DNA of 64,000 bases from an uncultured bacterium (lineage in GTDB: Bacteria; Krumholzibacteriota; Krumholzibacteriia; JACNKJ01), in contig CAYFNT010000019.1 of the NCBI GenBank assembly GCA_964344565.1, positions 6,196-70,195 on the forward strand, in the 5' to 3' direction. This document shows, one piece after another, positions 26,909-36,453 of the stretch. The stretch's first letter is position 1; every line of letters starts with the position of its first letter. The notes beneath the pieces were generated by a model. The model worked only from the letters and a program-made list of their open reading frames with translations. It searched no databases and had not been told where the DNA came from. The translations under genes and the position numbers were made by a program.

Positions 26909-28267
26909 ATGAAGAGAATCGCCCTGCTCGCAGCAGGCTCCATCGCGCTCTCATTTCACCCCCTTCGCGCCGAGATCATCTCGGTTCCCGGCGACCATCC
27001 CACCATCGCGGAGGCCCTGACGGCCGCCGTCTACGGCGACGAGATCGTCATCGCTGCCGGCACCTATCCGGAGGGCGGCCTCTCGCTGAAAACGGGCGTC
27101 ATCATCCGCGGCGCGACGGGCAACTACACCCACGTGATCGTCGACGGCGAAGACGCCCAAACGGTCTTCTTCGCCGAGGGCGTCGACGGCTCCGCGGAAC
27201 TGCGAGATCTCACGGTGACCGGCGGGTCCGGAGCCAACGGCGGCGGACTGCGCTGCTGGGTCGCATCGCCGACCATCGCCAACTGTCGATTCCAGGGGAA
27301 CGCCGCCGACAACGGGGGCGCCATGGCCATCCAGCTGGGGTCCTCTCCGTCGATCACGAATTGCCGCTTCGAGAGCAATCAGGCCACATGCTGCGAGGGC
27401 GGGGCGCTCTATATCGAGAACAACAGCTCGGTCCAGATCTCCGGCTGCGACTTCGAGGGGAACATCGGCCGCAACGGAGGCGGTATCCACGTGCAGACCA
27501 CAGACCTCACCCTCGTGGATTGCCTCTTCGAAGTGAACACGGCGACCTTCAATGGGGGCGGCGTCAACGCCGGCACGGGCAGCAGCTGCGTTCTCATCGA
27601 CTGCGTGTTCCAAGAGAACGGGGCCGGCGTCGGCGGCGGGGCCGTGGCGAGGGCCGTGGCGACCCTGGGCGATATCACCGACTGCTTCTTCGAGGGAAAC
27701 ACGGCGGACTACGGCGGTGCGCTCTTCTGCCGGAACGTCGTGTTCAACGTGACCGGCTGCCAGTTCCTGGGGAACATCGCCGCGCCGGGCTACGACGGCT
27801 ATGGGGGCGCGGTCTTCTGCGAGTCCAATGCCGATCCCTTATTCGAGAACTGCACCTTCTACGCCAACTCGGCGGTGGAAGGAGGCGCGCTCTACGCGGA
27901 ATCCAACTGCAGCCCCGGATTCACGAACTGCATCATCGCCTTCGGCGCTGGAGGGGGAGCGGTGGCCTGCGAGAGCGGCCTGCGGACGATACTGCTGGAC
28001 TGCTGCGACCTCTTCGGCAACGTCGGTGGCGACTGGACCGGCTGCATCGCCGGACAAGACGGCGGCACGAACTTCTCGGCCGATCCGCTGTTCTGCCCGA
28101 CGCCGCCGTCCAGCCTGTGGCTGCAGACCGGGTCGCCCTGCCTGCCGGGGAATCATCCCAATGCGGAAGACTGCGGACTCATCGGCGCACTGGGCGAGGA
28201 CGCCGACTGCGACGGGCAGCCTGTCAGCGCCGTGGAGACCTGGAGCACCTTGAAGAGGATGTACTGA
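26909..28267 (+). CDS. Secreted right-handed parallel beta-helix protein, paralog 2, with the C-terminal TWSTLKRMY tail
   Basis: GGAGG RBS and signal peptide MKRIALLAAGSIALSFHPLRA. Repeats and C-terminal Cys-rich region like paralog 1. Ends in ETWSTLKRMY. Confidence 0.75.
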   Translation: MKRIALLAAGSIALSFHPLRAEIISVPGDHPTIAEALTAAVYGDEIVIAAGTYPEGGLSLKTGVIIRGATGNYTHVIVDGEDAQTVFFAEGVDGSAELRDLTVTGGSGANGGGLRCWVASPTIANCRFQGNAADNGGAMAIQLGSSPSITNCRFESNQATCCEGGALYIENNSSVQISGCDFEGNIGRNGGGIHVQTTDLTLVDCLFEVNTATFNGGGVNAGTGSSCVLIDCVFQENGAGVGGGAVARAVATLGDITDCFFEGNTADYGGALFCRNVVFNVTGCQFLGNIAAPGYDGYGGAVFCESNADPLFENCTFYANSAVEGGALYAESNCSPGFTNCIIAFGAGGGAVACESGLRTILLDCCDLFGNVGGDWTGCIAGQDGGTNFSADPLFCPTPPSSLWLQTGSPCLPGNHPNAEDCGLIGALGEDADCDGQPVSAVETWSTLKRMY

Positions 28268-30340
28268 TCAGAGGTTCTTGACCTTCGCCACGTTGGCCGG
28301 CGTGCCGAATAGCAGGAGGCGATCGCCGGCGCGCAGCACCGTTTCGCGCTCGGGCAGCTCGTAGCAGGCCTCTCCGCCTTCAGGCGAGGTGCAGACCAGC
28401 ACCACCTGGGTGTGGAAGCGGCTGCGGAAGTCCAGCTCGCGAAGGGTCTTCCCCTCCATCTCGTGGGGCACCACGCACTCGCTGAGCACGAAACCGCCGA
28501 GGGTTTCGCTCACGTGGCTCTTCACCGAACTCTGCACCCGGCTGGATACTCCGCCGGCGAGATCCTCCGAAAGCATTGCCCGGTTGTAGGCCTGGATGAC
28601 GTCGTGCCGAATCAGCGTGCCCAGGGGTCGGGTGGGATCCTCCGCGTCCACCACGGGCATCTCCTCGATGTTGCTCTTGCCGAACTGGCGCATGGCGAAG
28701 TCGAGGTCGTCGTCGAGGGTCACGGTGGGGAAGTCGGTGGTGGCAACGTCCAGGGCGATAAGCACCTGACCCAGCGCCTCAAGCTGGGGCAGCACGCGCT
28801 TCACCTCGTCCAGGGTCAGAATGCCCGTGATGTGCTCATGCTCGTTCACCACGAAGGCCTCGTGGTGGCTGGCCTCGGCCAGACGCGGCAGCACCTGGCG
28901 CAGGGGCATCTCCTGGGGGATCTGCTCCACGTGATCGCGGAAGATCTCGCGCACGCGCATCCTGCGCAGCACGTTGTGATCCTTGCCCTTGAGCAGGTCG
29001 ATACCCTGGCGCGCCAGTTTGAAGGTGTAGATCGAGTGGCGCTCGAGCTTCTGGCTCGTGAGCGTGGCGATGACCACGCTGATCATCAGCGGCAATATGA
29101 TTCCGTAGTCCCGCGTCATCTCGAAGATCATGATGATGGCCGTGATCGGCGCGTGGATCACCGCCGCCACCACCGCGCCCATGCCCACCAGCGCGTAGGC
29201 GCCGGATCCGGCCGTCCAGTCGGGGAACCAGATGTTGAAGAAGCGCCCGAGCAGGCCGCCGAACATCACGCCCATGAAGAGGCTCGGCGCGAAGATGCCG
29301 CCGGAGTTGCCGCTGCCCAGGGTGATGCTCGTGGCCACGATCTTCACGATGAGCAGCACCGCCAGCGCGCCGAAGATCACCTCGCCCTTCATGGCCGCCT
29401 CGATGGCCTCGTAGCCGTTGCCCAGGCTGCGCGGCGCCCAGAGACCCACCACGCCGATCAGGAGTCCGCCCGCCGCCGTCTTCAGCGGCGGCCAGGCCTT
29501 CACCGACTCGGCGAGGTCCTCGGCCTTGTGAAGGGCGCGCATGAAGGCCTGTCCCACGAAGGCGGCCAGGAGTCCGAGCAGCACGTAGAGGATGATCTCG
29601 CGCCCGTCCGTGAGAGTGAGTCCCTCGGGAATGATGAAGGCCGGGTCGTTGCCGATGTACGCGTGGCTGACGAGCGTGGCGATGACCGCGCTGATCACCA
29701 GGGGCGCGAAGTAGGCCACGCCGAAGTCGCCCAGGATCACCTCGGCGCTGAAGAAGGCGCCGGCGATGGGGGCGTTGAAGGTGGCCGCGATGCCCGCGGT
29801 GGCGCCGCATGCCACGACGGTCTTCATGCGGATGGAGTTCAGCTTCAACCACTGTCCGATGGCCGAACCCATGGCTGCGCCGATCTGCACGATGGGACCC
29901 TCTCGCCCCACGCTTCCGCCGGTGGCCAGGGTGAGTGCGCTGGCGAGGGTCTTGCCCACCACCGTGCGCTTGGGGATCACGCCGTCGTTGAGGGCAGTGG
30001 CCTTCATCACCTCGGGCACGCCGTGTCCCTTGGCCTCGGGCGCGACGAAGTAGATGACCAGGCCGCCCACGAGTCCACCGAGTGTGGGCACGCCGAGTTT
30101 GAGCCAGATGGGGGCCTCGCTGAAGCGGTGCACGAAGGCGTCGGGGCCGCCCCAGGCCAGCTTTCGGATCAGATCGATGAGGAACTGGAAGAACAGATTT
30201 CCCAGGCCGCCGAGCACGCCGATGAGCACGGCCAGCACCAGAAGATAGAGGTGCTCGCGGGATCGGAACTCGCGCAGTGAGTCGGCGATCCAATCTCGGC
30301 TTCGACGTTGTAGCTGCTGAAAAGACATGGAGATCAGCAC
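28268..30340 (-). CDS. ClC-family chloride channel/transporter with C-terminal CBS pair and RCK_C (TrkA-C) domain
   Basis: GSVGREGP and GIFAPSLF(M)G selectivity motifs, many TM helices, CBS-like region and the C-terminus AGDRLLLFGTPANVAKV. Confidence 0.85.
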   Translation of the reverse strand: MLISMSFQQLQRRSRDWIADSLREFRSREHLYLLVLAVLIGVLGGLGNLFFQFLIDLIRKLAWGGPDAFVHRFSEAPIWLKLGVPTLGGLVGGLVIYFVAPEAKGHGVPEVMKATALNDGVIPKRTVVGKTLASALTLATGGSVGREGPIVQIGAAMGSAIGQWLKLNSIRMKTVVACGATAGIAATFNAPIAGAFFSAEVILGDFGVAYFAPLVISAVIATLVSHAYIGNDPAFIIPEGLTLTDGREIILYVLLGLLAAFVGQAFMRALHKAEDLAESVKAWPPLKTAAGGLLIGVVGLWAPRSLGNGYEAIEAAMKGEVIFGALAVLLIVKIVATSITLGSGNSGGIFAPSLFMGVMFGGLLGRFFNIWFPDWTAGSGAYALVGMGAVVAAVIHAPITAIIMIFEMTRDYGIILPLMISVVIATLTSQKLERHSIYTFKLARQGIDLLKGKDHNVLRRMRVREIFRDHVEQIPQEMPLRQVLPRLAEASHHEAFVVNEHEHITGILTLDEVKRVLPQLEALGQVLIALDVATTDFPTVTLDDDLDFAMRQFGKSNIEEMPVVDAEDPTRPLGTLIRHDVIQAYNRAMLSEDLAGGVSSRVQSSVKSHVSETLGGFVLSECVVPHEMEGKTLRELDFRSRFHTQVVLVCTSPEGGEACYELPERETVLRAGDRLLLFGTPANVAKVKNL

Positions 30341-30431
30341 CAGTCGGGGTCTGGGGTCCGGGGCGCGGCCAAACTAGCAGTGCGGCTCCGAAAGCGCAAT
30401 CTCGGGCATGGCGCTTTTCTTGATATTCCTA

Positions 30432-30466
30432 CTTGACAATATTGTTGTAAAGGAATATTCTATCAT
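30432..30466 (+). promoter_or_regulatory. Sigma70-like promoter (TTGACA-17-TATTCT) overlapping 8-bp palindromes CAATATTG and GAATATTC. Candidate ArsR operator.
   Basis: cTTGACAatattgttgtaaaggaaTATTCTatcat in an AT-rich island of a GC-rich genome, about 90 nt upstream of the arsR-family gene. Confidence 0.45.
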
Positions 30467-30550
30467 CCTCGACTCCACCACACCGGGGTCGATACCGCAG
30501 GAGAAGGTGAGAGATCGGGGAGGAGCCTTGCTCCTCCCCACCTGCCAAAG

Positions 30551-30880
30551 ATGCCCAAATTGCCGCGGTCCGACGCCGCACTTCAGGCCCTGGCGCAGCG
30601 ATTCAAGCTGCTTGCCGAACCTGTCCGTCTGAGGATCCTCGAGATCCTGGCGGAGGGGGAGAAGTCCGTCCAGGAAGTCACCGCCGCCTCGGGCCTGCGC
30701 CAACCGCACATTTCCCGCCAACTTGCGATACTCGCCGAATCCGGCGTCCTCCTTCGACGTAAGGAGGGGACTCGCGTATACTACTCGCTCAGCGATTCCC
30801 ATATTTCCGCGCTTCTGGACGCTGCCGGCCGCTCGCTCCGCGAGCACCTCACCGGGCGTCTGGAGCAACTGGAGGAATGA
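30551..30880 (+). CDS. ArsR/SmtB family transcriptional regulator
   Basis: LLAEPVRLRILEILAEGEKSVQEV...SRQLAILAESGVL winged HTH, 109 aa. The stop overlaps the start of the M16 peptidase gene (ATGA). Confidence 0.85.
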   Translation: MPKLPRSDAALQALAQRFKLLAEPVRLRILEILAEGEKSVQEVTAASGLRQPHISRQLAILAESGVLLRRKEGTRVYYSLSDSHISALLDAAGRSLREHLTGRLEQLEE

Positions 30881-33800
30881 TGAAGAACCCTCTGATTCCC
30901 GTTATCGTCGTCCTGGTCGTCCTCGCCATGTTCATGTTGGTGTTCAAGTCCGGCGGGGATGGGCTGGAGAGCCTCGAGCATGGCCAGGTCATCCACGGTT
31001 TCGCCGTGGAGAATCTTTACGTGGACGGTGCCGATCGGGCCATGGGCGCGCGCTTCATCTCCGAGGAGAAGGGCTTCATCGTCGACCTGCTTCAGATCCA
31101 GTCGGTGCCCCAGGGATTCATCTGGGTGAAGAGTCCGCCGGATTCCGATCGCGGCGAACCCCACGCCTGCGAGCATCTGCTTCTGGGCAAGGGTCGTCAG
31201 GGACGCTACGTGGCGGCGCTGGAGGCCATGACCCTCGGCAACGCCAGCGCCTGGACCGCGCAGACCAACACGGTCTACCACTTCAACACCCTGGGCGGTG
31301 AGGAGAACTTCTTCGCCACCTTCGAGGCGCGGCTGAACGCCCTGGTGAATCCCGATTTCACCGACGAGGAGATTCGCCGCGAGATCGTCCATCTCAGCGT
31401 GGTGGAGGATGCCGGCGGCGAGTTGGGCCTCGAAGAGAAGGGTTCGGTCTACACCGAGATGGTGAGCAGTTTCGAGGGACCGGGCTATCCGCTCTGGGGC
31501 GGCGTGGGCGACATGCTCTTCGGCAAGGACCATCCCCTGGCCAACAGCTCCGGCGGACATCCCGACTCCATGCGCAGCATGACACCCGAGCACATGCGCG
31601 ACTTCGTGGCGGATACCTACCGGCTTCCGAACATGGGCATCATCGTGTCGGTGCCCAGAAGCTTCGAGATGGAGGATCTGCTCGAGGAGTTCGAAGGCAT
31701 CCTCGATCGCGTGCAGCCGGGCAAGCTCGAGAGCGATTTCGTAGGCATGAACGCCCTGAACCTTCCCCCGATCACCGACGCCGATCCCGAAGGCGCCGTG
31801 CGCATCGCCGCCTACCCCAGCGACAATCCCGAAGATCCCGGGGAGGTGCTCGTGGTCTGGCCGCCTCGGGATCCTCTGGCGAACTTCGACCGCTTCATGC
31901 TGGAGACCTTCCTGGACGGTTTCGCGGGCGGCCCCGGCACCGAGCTTTACGACCTCTTCATCAATTCCGAAACACGAAAGGTGGAGCTGGGAGCCAGCGC
32001 CGTATGGAGCTACGTGCCCGAGGAGCCCGGCTCGCCGGTCTTCTTCGGCCTGGACGGCCTGGACAACCGCAACATCGAGGGACGCAGCCTGCGGAGGGCG
32101 CGGGGGCTCATCGTGGAGGAACTGCACAAGCTCTACGAATTGGAATCGGGTTCGGAGGAGCTGGACGACTTCAACGATCGCGTGTCCAGCAATCTCGTGC
32201 AGACCCGCAAGTACCTCGAGCGCGCCTTGAATTCGCCGCCCCAGTTCGGCTTCCGCATGAGCGGCATGGCCAGACGCTGGCAGGACATCATGGCCTTCCT
32301 CGAGCTGGACGAGGGATTCCGCAAATCCCTGGTCATGGACTCGCATTTCGTCCGGGCCGAGGAACTCCTCGCCGGCGATGAGAACTTCTGGCAAGAGCTG
32401 CTGGATCGCTGGGGCCTGCTCGATGCGACGCCATACGTCATGGCGGTGCATCCGGATCCCGGCATGCTGTCGGCGGCCGAGGAGGCCAAGCGGGCCCGTC
32501 TGTCCGCGGCCATCGAGGGGATGAAGGACCGATTCGACGAGGATGAGGCCCAGGTTGCCCTGGCCAGGTTCCGCGATGAGTTCGATGCGAACACGGCCGA
32601 ACTCGAGGCCATCGCCGCCGAGGAGACCCTTCCCGGATTCATGGACGATCCGCCCATGGAGATTGACGAGCAGCTCCGGTACGAGACCGTGGCACTTCCG
32701 GGCGGGGCTGAGATGGTGGCCGCCACCTTCGAGAACATGAGCACTGCGACCCTGCAGGTCAGTTTCGGCCTTCAGGCCGTACCCAGCGACAAGCTCGTCT
32801 ACCTGCCCCTGCTGCCCTACCTCATGCGTGGCGTGGGCGTGGAACTGGACGGCGAGCGCATCGAGTACGACGACATGGAGAAGCGTCTGCGCGCGGAGCT
32901 CCTGTCCTACCGGGCCGACCTGACCACCAATCCCGAGACCGGCCGCGCCGAGTTGGTGTTCAGCTTCGGCGCCAGCAAGCCCGACGAGATCGATCGCGGT
33001 TTCGAGTGGATGCGCGCCTCGCTCACCGCGCCGCTGCTCGACGGGGACAACCTGTCCCGCATCGGCGACCTGCTCGACCAGCGCCTGCACCGCATGCGTA
33101 CGCGCATGCAGGGCAGCGAGGAATCCTGGGTGAGCGATCCGGCCGCGGCCTATCGCTACCAGGACGATCTCCTCTATCTCAGCGCGGGATCCTTCCTCAC
33201 CCAGACCCATCAGCTGCTTCGACTCAAGTGGCGCTTCACCGAGCCCGACGGCGAGGGCGAAGCGTATCTGGACGAGCTCGAGCGGCGCGGCCGCGACGCC
33301 TCGCGCGAAGAACTCTTGGCCCTGCTCGACGGAGCGCCGGAGGAAGGCATCCGGGCGGACCTCGCCTCCTCCCTTCGGTCGAGTCTCCCGGCTCTGCCCG
33401 ACGCCTCGATATCCGATGATTGGGCGCGGCTCTGCGCCACACTGCGCAGCGAGCTGGCCACGCCGCCGGATCAGGCCTTCACCGACCTGCGCGCTTTGCT
33501 GGACCTGTTGGCCCGCGCCGAGAATGCCCGCCTGTCCCTGGTGTCCAACTCCCGGGATCGCGGCGAGAAGCTCGGCGTCATCGAAGCCTTCCTGGCGGAC
33601 TTCTCCGGCAAGGGGGCGCCGGCCGCACAGAAACACCACCGTCGGGACTACGTGCTGGATCGCTATCGCGAGCGCAGCGGCATGACGGACAAGCCGATCT
33701 ACGCGGGACTCGTGAATGAGAACACGCGCAACGGCACCCTCATCTTCTCAGCCCGCATGGCCGAAGCCTGGCAGGCCGACCGCGAGTCGGCCCTCAACGC

Positions 33801-34377
33801 CCTGACCGGCCGGCTCTTCGGCGGCGGCGGCGGGCACGGTTTCTTCATGCGCACCTGGGCCGCCGGCCTGGCCTACAGCAACGGATTCGGCTATCGCGAA
33901 AACACGGGCATGACCACCTACTACGCGGAGCGTTGCCCGGACGTGGCCGAAACCATGCGCTTCGTGGTGGGGGTGCTCGAGGACACGGAGCTGGACGCCA
34001 GCTTCAAGGACTATTCCATCGCCGGCATGTTCGGACGCTCCCGCGCCGCCGCAGGCTACGAATCCCGCGGGCAGGCCATGGCCGCCGACCTCACGGACGG
34101 TTTCGGGCCGGAGCGCGTCCGAGACTTCCGCGGACAGGTCATGGATCTGCGCGGATGGGGCGAACTCCTGCCCGACATGCAGTCCCGCCTGGATGCAGTC
34201 TACGGCAGCGTGCTCATCGGCTACGGCGAACCATTGTCCGAGAGTCGCGACGGCGTCTTCTTCCTCATCGGTCCCGAGCCTCAATTCGAATCCTTGGAGA
34301 CCTACATCGCCACGGTTGAAGAGCCGCAGGCCGTGCATCGACTCTATCCCCGTGACTTCTGGCTCGTGGACCTGTAG
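30877..34377 (+). CDS. Large membrane-anchored M16-family (pitrilysin/insulinase-like) zinc metallopeptidase
   Basis: Inverted zincin motif HACEH (HxxEH) followed by NASAWTAQTNTVYHFN and downstream Glu residues. N-terminal signal-anchor MMKNPLIPVIVVLVVLAMFMLVF. 1166 aa. Confidence 0.75.
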   Translation: MMKNPLIPVIVVLVVLAMFMLVFKSGGDGLESLEHGQVIHGFAVENLYVDGADRAMGARFISEEKGFIVDLLQIQSVPQGFIWVKSPPDSDRGEPHACEHLLLGKGRQGRYVAALEAMTLGNASAWTAQTNTVYHFNTLGGEENFFATFEARLNALVNPDFTDEEIRREIVHLSVVEDAGGELGLEEKGSVYTEMVSSFEGPGYPLWGGVGDMLFGKDHPLANSSGGHPDSMRSMTPEHMRDFVADTYRLPNMGIIVSVPRSFEMEDLLEEFEGILDRVQPGKLESDFVGMNALNLPPITDADPEGAVRIAAYPSDNPEDPGEVLVVWPPRDPLANFDRFMLETFLDGFAGGPGTELYDLFINSETRKVELGASAVWSYVPEEPGSPVFFGLDGLDNRNIEGRSLRRARGLIVEELHKLYELESGSEELDDFNDRVSSNLVQTRKYLERALNSPPQFGFRMSGMARRWQDIMAFLELDEGFRKSLVMDSHFVRAEELLAGDENFWQELLDRWGLLDATPYVMAVHPDPGMLSAAEEAKRARLSAAIEGMKDRFDEDEAQVALARFRDEFDANTAELEAIAAEETLPGFMDDPPMEIDEQLRYETVALPGGAEMVAATFENMSTATLQVSFGLQAVPSDKLVYLPLLPYLMRGVGVELDGERIEYDDMEKRLRAELLSYRADLTTNPETGRAELVFSFGASKPDEIDRGFEWMRASLTAPLLDGDNLSRIGDLLDQRLHRMRTRMQGSEESWVSDPAAAYRYQDDLLYLSAGSFLTQTHQLLRLKWRFTEPDGEGEAYLDELERRGRDASREELLALLDGAPEEGIRADLASSLRSSLPALPDASISDDWARLCATLRSELATPPDQAFTDLRALLDLLARAENARLSLVSNSRDRGEKLGVIEAFLADFSGKGAPAAQKHHRRDYVLDRYRERSGMTDKPIYAGLVNENTRNGTLIFSARMAEAWQADRESALNALTGRLFGGGGGHGFFMRTWAAGLAYSNGFGYRENTGMTTYYAERCPDVAETMRFVVGVLEDTELDASFKDYSIAGMFGRSRAAAGYESRGQAMAADLTDGFGPERVRDFRGQVMDLRGWGELLPDMQSRLDAVYGSVLIGYGEPLSESRDGVFFLIGPEPQFESLETYIATVEEPQAVHRLYPRDFWLVDL

Positions 34378-34410
34378 CGAGATCGGCAAAGCGGATCGAT
34401 TTATCTGTTG

Positions 34411-34445
34411 ATGGGCGCCGTCTGAGCACGGCGCCCATTTTCTTG
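34411..34445 (+). terminator. Rho-independent terminator after the M16 peptidase gene
   Basis: atgggcgccg-tctgagca-cggcgcccat, a perfect 10-bp stem followed by TTTTCTT. Confidence 0.75.
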
Positions 34446-34510
34446 GAGGAAACTCTCGAAGGTCGAAGAGACTTGAGTCACAATCCGCTATCACGAGGAG
34501 GAGATTCTCC

Positions 34511-34969
34511 ATGATAACTCGGATTCTCGATGTTCTCGTTTCCCGACTCAACGAACACCTTCAATCCGAGTTGGGATTGCCTTCGAATCTTGTCGGCCTC
34601 GCACCGCCGCCGAAAGACGGTTTGATGGAAAAGTCGGATCGCGTTGATCTGACATTTCTGAGCATCGAACCGGATCCGCATTCAAGGAACTCGGGGAGTT
34701 CGCCTGCTGCCTTGAATCTGGATGTGCGAGTGGCTTTCAGTTTTCACGGCGAATCCTACGGCGCGGCCCTCGATCTGGTGTATGCGGTTCTGGATTTCTT
34801 CCATCGGAACGTCGTTTTCGAAATCGATGCGCAGGAGACTTCCAACGGTCTGAGGGTGCAGGTCGAACAGCAGAGCCCATCGACCGAGGAAGTCAACTAT
34901 CCATACAGGGTCGTTTACCCAACCCCGGCTCCGCGACTCGACTACCGCATTCGAATCCAGGAGATGTAA
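34511..34969 (+). CDS. DUF4255-like protein (Afp16/Pvc16 N-terminal-domain-like component of contractile injection systems), tentative
   Basis: 152 aa and a GAGGAGG RBS. The start MITRILDVLVSRLNEHL resembles DUF4255 family starts. Sits immediately upstream of the sheath gene. Confidence 0.5.
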   Translation: MITRILDVLVSRLNEHLQSELGLPSNLVGLAPPPKDGLMEKSDRVDLTFLSIEPDPHSRNSGSSPAALNLDVRVAFSFHGESYGAALDLVYAVLDFFHRNVVFEIDAQETSNGLRVQVEQQSPSTEEVNYPYRVVYPTPAPRLDYRIRIQEM

Positions 34970-34975
34970 TCGAAG

Positions 34976-36445
34976 ATGGCACCCAAGAAGAGAACTGCTA
35001 GATCGCGTCGCCTGAAGACTCCCGGCGTTTATGTGGAGGAAGTTTCGTTCTCGGTGCCATCGGTGGCCGAAGTGGAAACCGCCGTTCCGGCGATCATGGG
35101 ATACGTGGAGAGGGCCGACGTACTTTTCGAACCCGTAGCAGTCAAGTCCATGGTGGAGTTCCGGGAGTTGTTCGGTGGGGAGGCGCCGCTTCGCATCGAC
35201 GAGGTGCGGGTGGATCAGAACCATGCCTTCGAGTCGGCGCGCATTCGCGCAGGATCTCATCTGCACGACAGCATCCGTCTCTTCTACGAAAATGGCGGCG
35301 GGGGCTGCTACGTGGTTCCGGTGGGGACCTACTCGGATCGCCCCGAACTGGAGCACTTCGAGCGCGGCCTCGCCCGTCTTGCGAAGGAGGATCGCGTCAC
35401 ACTGCTCCTCTTTCCCGACGCCGTGCTTCTGAGCAAGGATCTCTACGCGGTGCAGAAACTCGCCCTGAAGCAATGCGGCAAGCTCCAGGATCGTTTCGCG
35501 ATCCTCGATCTCCATGATATCCGGGAGATGCCCAGTCCTCTGGTCTCGGGTTTCCGATCGGAAATCGGGATCGAAAACCTGAAGTATGGAGCCGCCTACC
35601 TTCCTCACCTCGAGTACCCGTCCGGACGATCCCTACGCTTCCGTGATTTGAAGGGAAAGCTGCGGCGAGGGGAAGAGTCGATGAGGATTGGCGATCTGAT
35701 CGAGGATCGCGAAGAGTTCCGCGAGCTTGCTCAGAAACTCGAAGGGCTCATCGATGAGTATCCAGACGGCTCACCCACGGCTGAGGAGAGCGAACTGGAG
35801 ACGGAACTGAGGGCCGTGTCGGCCAGGTTCGGGGCCCTGCTCGGCGAAATCGAGATGCTTCCGTCATTCGTTCCTCCGAGCGGAGCGGTGGCGGGCCTGT
35901 ACGCCTTGACGGACACCACGCAGGGCGTCTGGAAGGCCCCGGCGAATGTGGCCCTGGGAGGCATCACCGGAGTGGCATGTTCCATCGACAGTCACGATCA
36001 GGATAGCCTGAACGTGGATCCCGCATCCGGAAAGTCCATCAATGCGATCCGTCCCTTTATCGGAAAAGGTTGTCTGGTCTGGGGGGCGAGAACCCTGGCT
36101 GGAAACGACAACGAGTGGCGTTACGTGCCGGTTCGGCGCTTTGTCATCATGCTGGAGAAGTCCCTGAAGAAGTCGATCCAGTGGGCGGTCTTCGAGCCTA
36201 ACGATGCGAAGCTCTGGGTCAAGGTGAAGGGCATGATCGAGAACTTTCTCACCGTGAAATGGCGCGAGGGGGCCCTGATGGGCAGCATGCCGGAATATGC
36301 ATACTACGTCAAAGTCGGCCTGGGGCAGACCATGACCGAACTGGACATTCAAGAGGGCCGGCTGAACATCGAAGTGGGCTTCGCGCCGTTGAAGCCCGCC
36401 GAGTTCATCGTTCTGAAGTTCTCCCACAAGATGTTAGAGAGCTAG
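34976..36445 (+). CDS. Contractile phage-tail/eCIS sheath protein
   Basis: N-terminal KTPGVYVEEV. The C-terminal sheath domain shows GVWKAPANVALGGITGV, GCLVWGARTL, NEWRYVPVRRFVIMLEKSLKKSIQWAVFEPND and FLTVKWREGALMG, all hallmark Phage_sheath motifs. Confidence 0.85.
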   Translation: MAPKKRTARSRRLKTPGVYVEEVSFSVPSVAEVETAVPAIMGYVERADVLFEPVAVKSMVEFRELFGGEAPLRIDEVRVDQNHAFESARIRAGSHLHDSIRLFYENGGGGCYVVPVGTYSDRPELEHFERGLARLAKEDRVTLLLFPDAVLLSKDLYAVQKLALKQCGKLQDRFAILDLHDIREMPSPLVSGFRSEIGIENLKYGAAYLPHLEYPSGRSLRFRDLKGKLRRGEESMRIGDLIEDREEFRELAQKLEGLIDEYPDGSPTAEESELETELRAVSARFGALLGEIEMLPSFVPPSGAVAGLYALTDTTQGVWKAPANVALGGITGVACSIDSHDQDSLNVDPASGKSINAIRPFIGKGCLVWGARTLAGNDNEWRYVPVRRFVIMLEKSLKKSIQWAVFEPNDAKLWVKVKGMIENFLTVKWREGALMGSMPEYAYYVKVGLGQTMTELDIQEGRLNIEVGFAPLKPAEFIVLKFSHKMLES

Positions 36446-36453
36446 GGGGCGCC

